The notes under the pieces: generated by a model
Told to the model about the DNA's origin: nothing
Databases searched by the model: none
Seen by the model: only the letters and a program-made list of their open reading frames with translations
Virus record (IMG/VR): IMGVR_UViG_3300017909_001655
Location: 1 to 37,560 of that record
Source: a virus
Taxonomy: Duplodnaviria > Caudoviricetes
Length of the DNA stretch: 37,560 nucleotides
Reading direction: 5' to 3' (one strand)
Part shown: positions 37,076 to 37,560 of the stretch, in pieces
How positions within the stretch are numbered: the first letter of the stretch is position 1
How the letters are laid out: each line of letters opens with the position of its first letter
Made by a program: the position numbers and the translations under genes

Positions 37076-37560
37076 ATGGCTAAATTAACAAGAATAAAGA
37101 TTTTAACTACGGGGTCAACTACAACCGCCCCTAGTAATATAAAGACCGGTGAGTTAGCGTACTCCTACGTAACAGGTACTCAGGCTAATAACGGTGATAG
37201 ATTATATATCGGTACAGGGACAGAATCAAATGGTATAGCATCTTCTGTCGATTTAATCGGTGGTAAGTATTTTACTGGAATGTTGGACCATGTACATGGT
37301 ACCACAACTGCAAATAGTGCTCTGATTGTAGATGGTAATAAACACGTTGACGTTTTAAATATTGGAACATTAGCACTTGAGAGTTCAGGTGGTTCAGGCC
37401 AAGAGGTCACAAGCATTGTCACATCAATGGGTGGCTCTCCAACAGATGCTCAACTTATTTCAGCACAAGGTGTTAAAGAATATGTAGATGCTCAAGTCAC
37501 AGCTCAAGATTTAGATTTCCAAGGTGATTCAGGTGGTGCTTTAAGTATTGACCTTGATTC
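37076..37560 (+). CDS. Tail fibre-like protein (3' truncated; not in ORF track)
   Basis: GGAGG SD. MAKLTRIKIL...GELAYSY...GDRLYIG...IGGKYF; open to the window end. Confidence 0.8.
   Translation, partial: MAKLTRIKILTTGSTTTAPSNIKTGELAYSYVTGTQANNGDRLYIGTGTESNGIASSVDLIGGKYFTGMLDHVHGTTTANSALIVDGNKHVDVLNIGTLALESSGGSGQEVTSIVTSMGGSPTDAQLISAQGVKEYVDAQVTAQDLDFQGDSGGALSIDLD

Noticed and set aside
32768-37560. Diversity-generating retroelement or invertible fibre cassette
   Set aside because: No reverse transcriptase or invertase, and no near-identical DNA repeat pair seen; the repeats are protein-level and diverged.
1-37560. tRNA/rRNA genes, introns, inteins, homing endonucleases
   Set aside because: Intergenic gaps are too short, no cloverleaf is visible, and core genes are uninterrupted.

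Overview
AT-rich fragment of a T4-like (gp55-late-promoter) myophage genome, probably from a marine or aquatic heterotroph phage (inference). 1-4822 is an accessory cell-surface signalling cluster: two secreted curlin-like beta-solenoid proteins, a secreted FecR-domain protein, a CHASE2/3TM/class III adenylate cyclase, and a secreted/membrane protein whose first ~103 codons are overprinted on the cyclase catalytic domain. 4850-9520 is an early region with sigma70-type GTTTACA-17-TATAAT promoters, a HAD phosphatase, small ORFs and a peroxiredoxin, followed by gp33-gp59-gp32. A minus-strand late block (gp4, gp2, gp54-like, gp26, gp51-like, membrane protein, tape measure) diverges from a plus-strand baseplate/tail block (gp48, gp53, hub, gp5, gp25, gp6, gp7, gp8, VrlC-like, tail fibres). 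Main leads: the curlin-FecR-CHASE2 cyclase module; the overprinted gene; a probable -1 frameshift joining gp26 to gp51; a GTWAC motif that looks purged from coding DNA but is arrayed 3x at one early promoter; and a hairpin whose loop is complementary to the translation starts of two early mRNAs. All calls are by eye, with no database searches.
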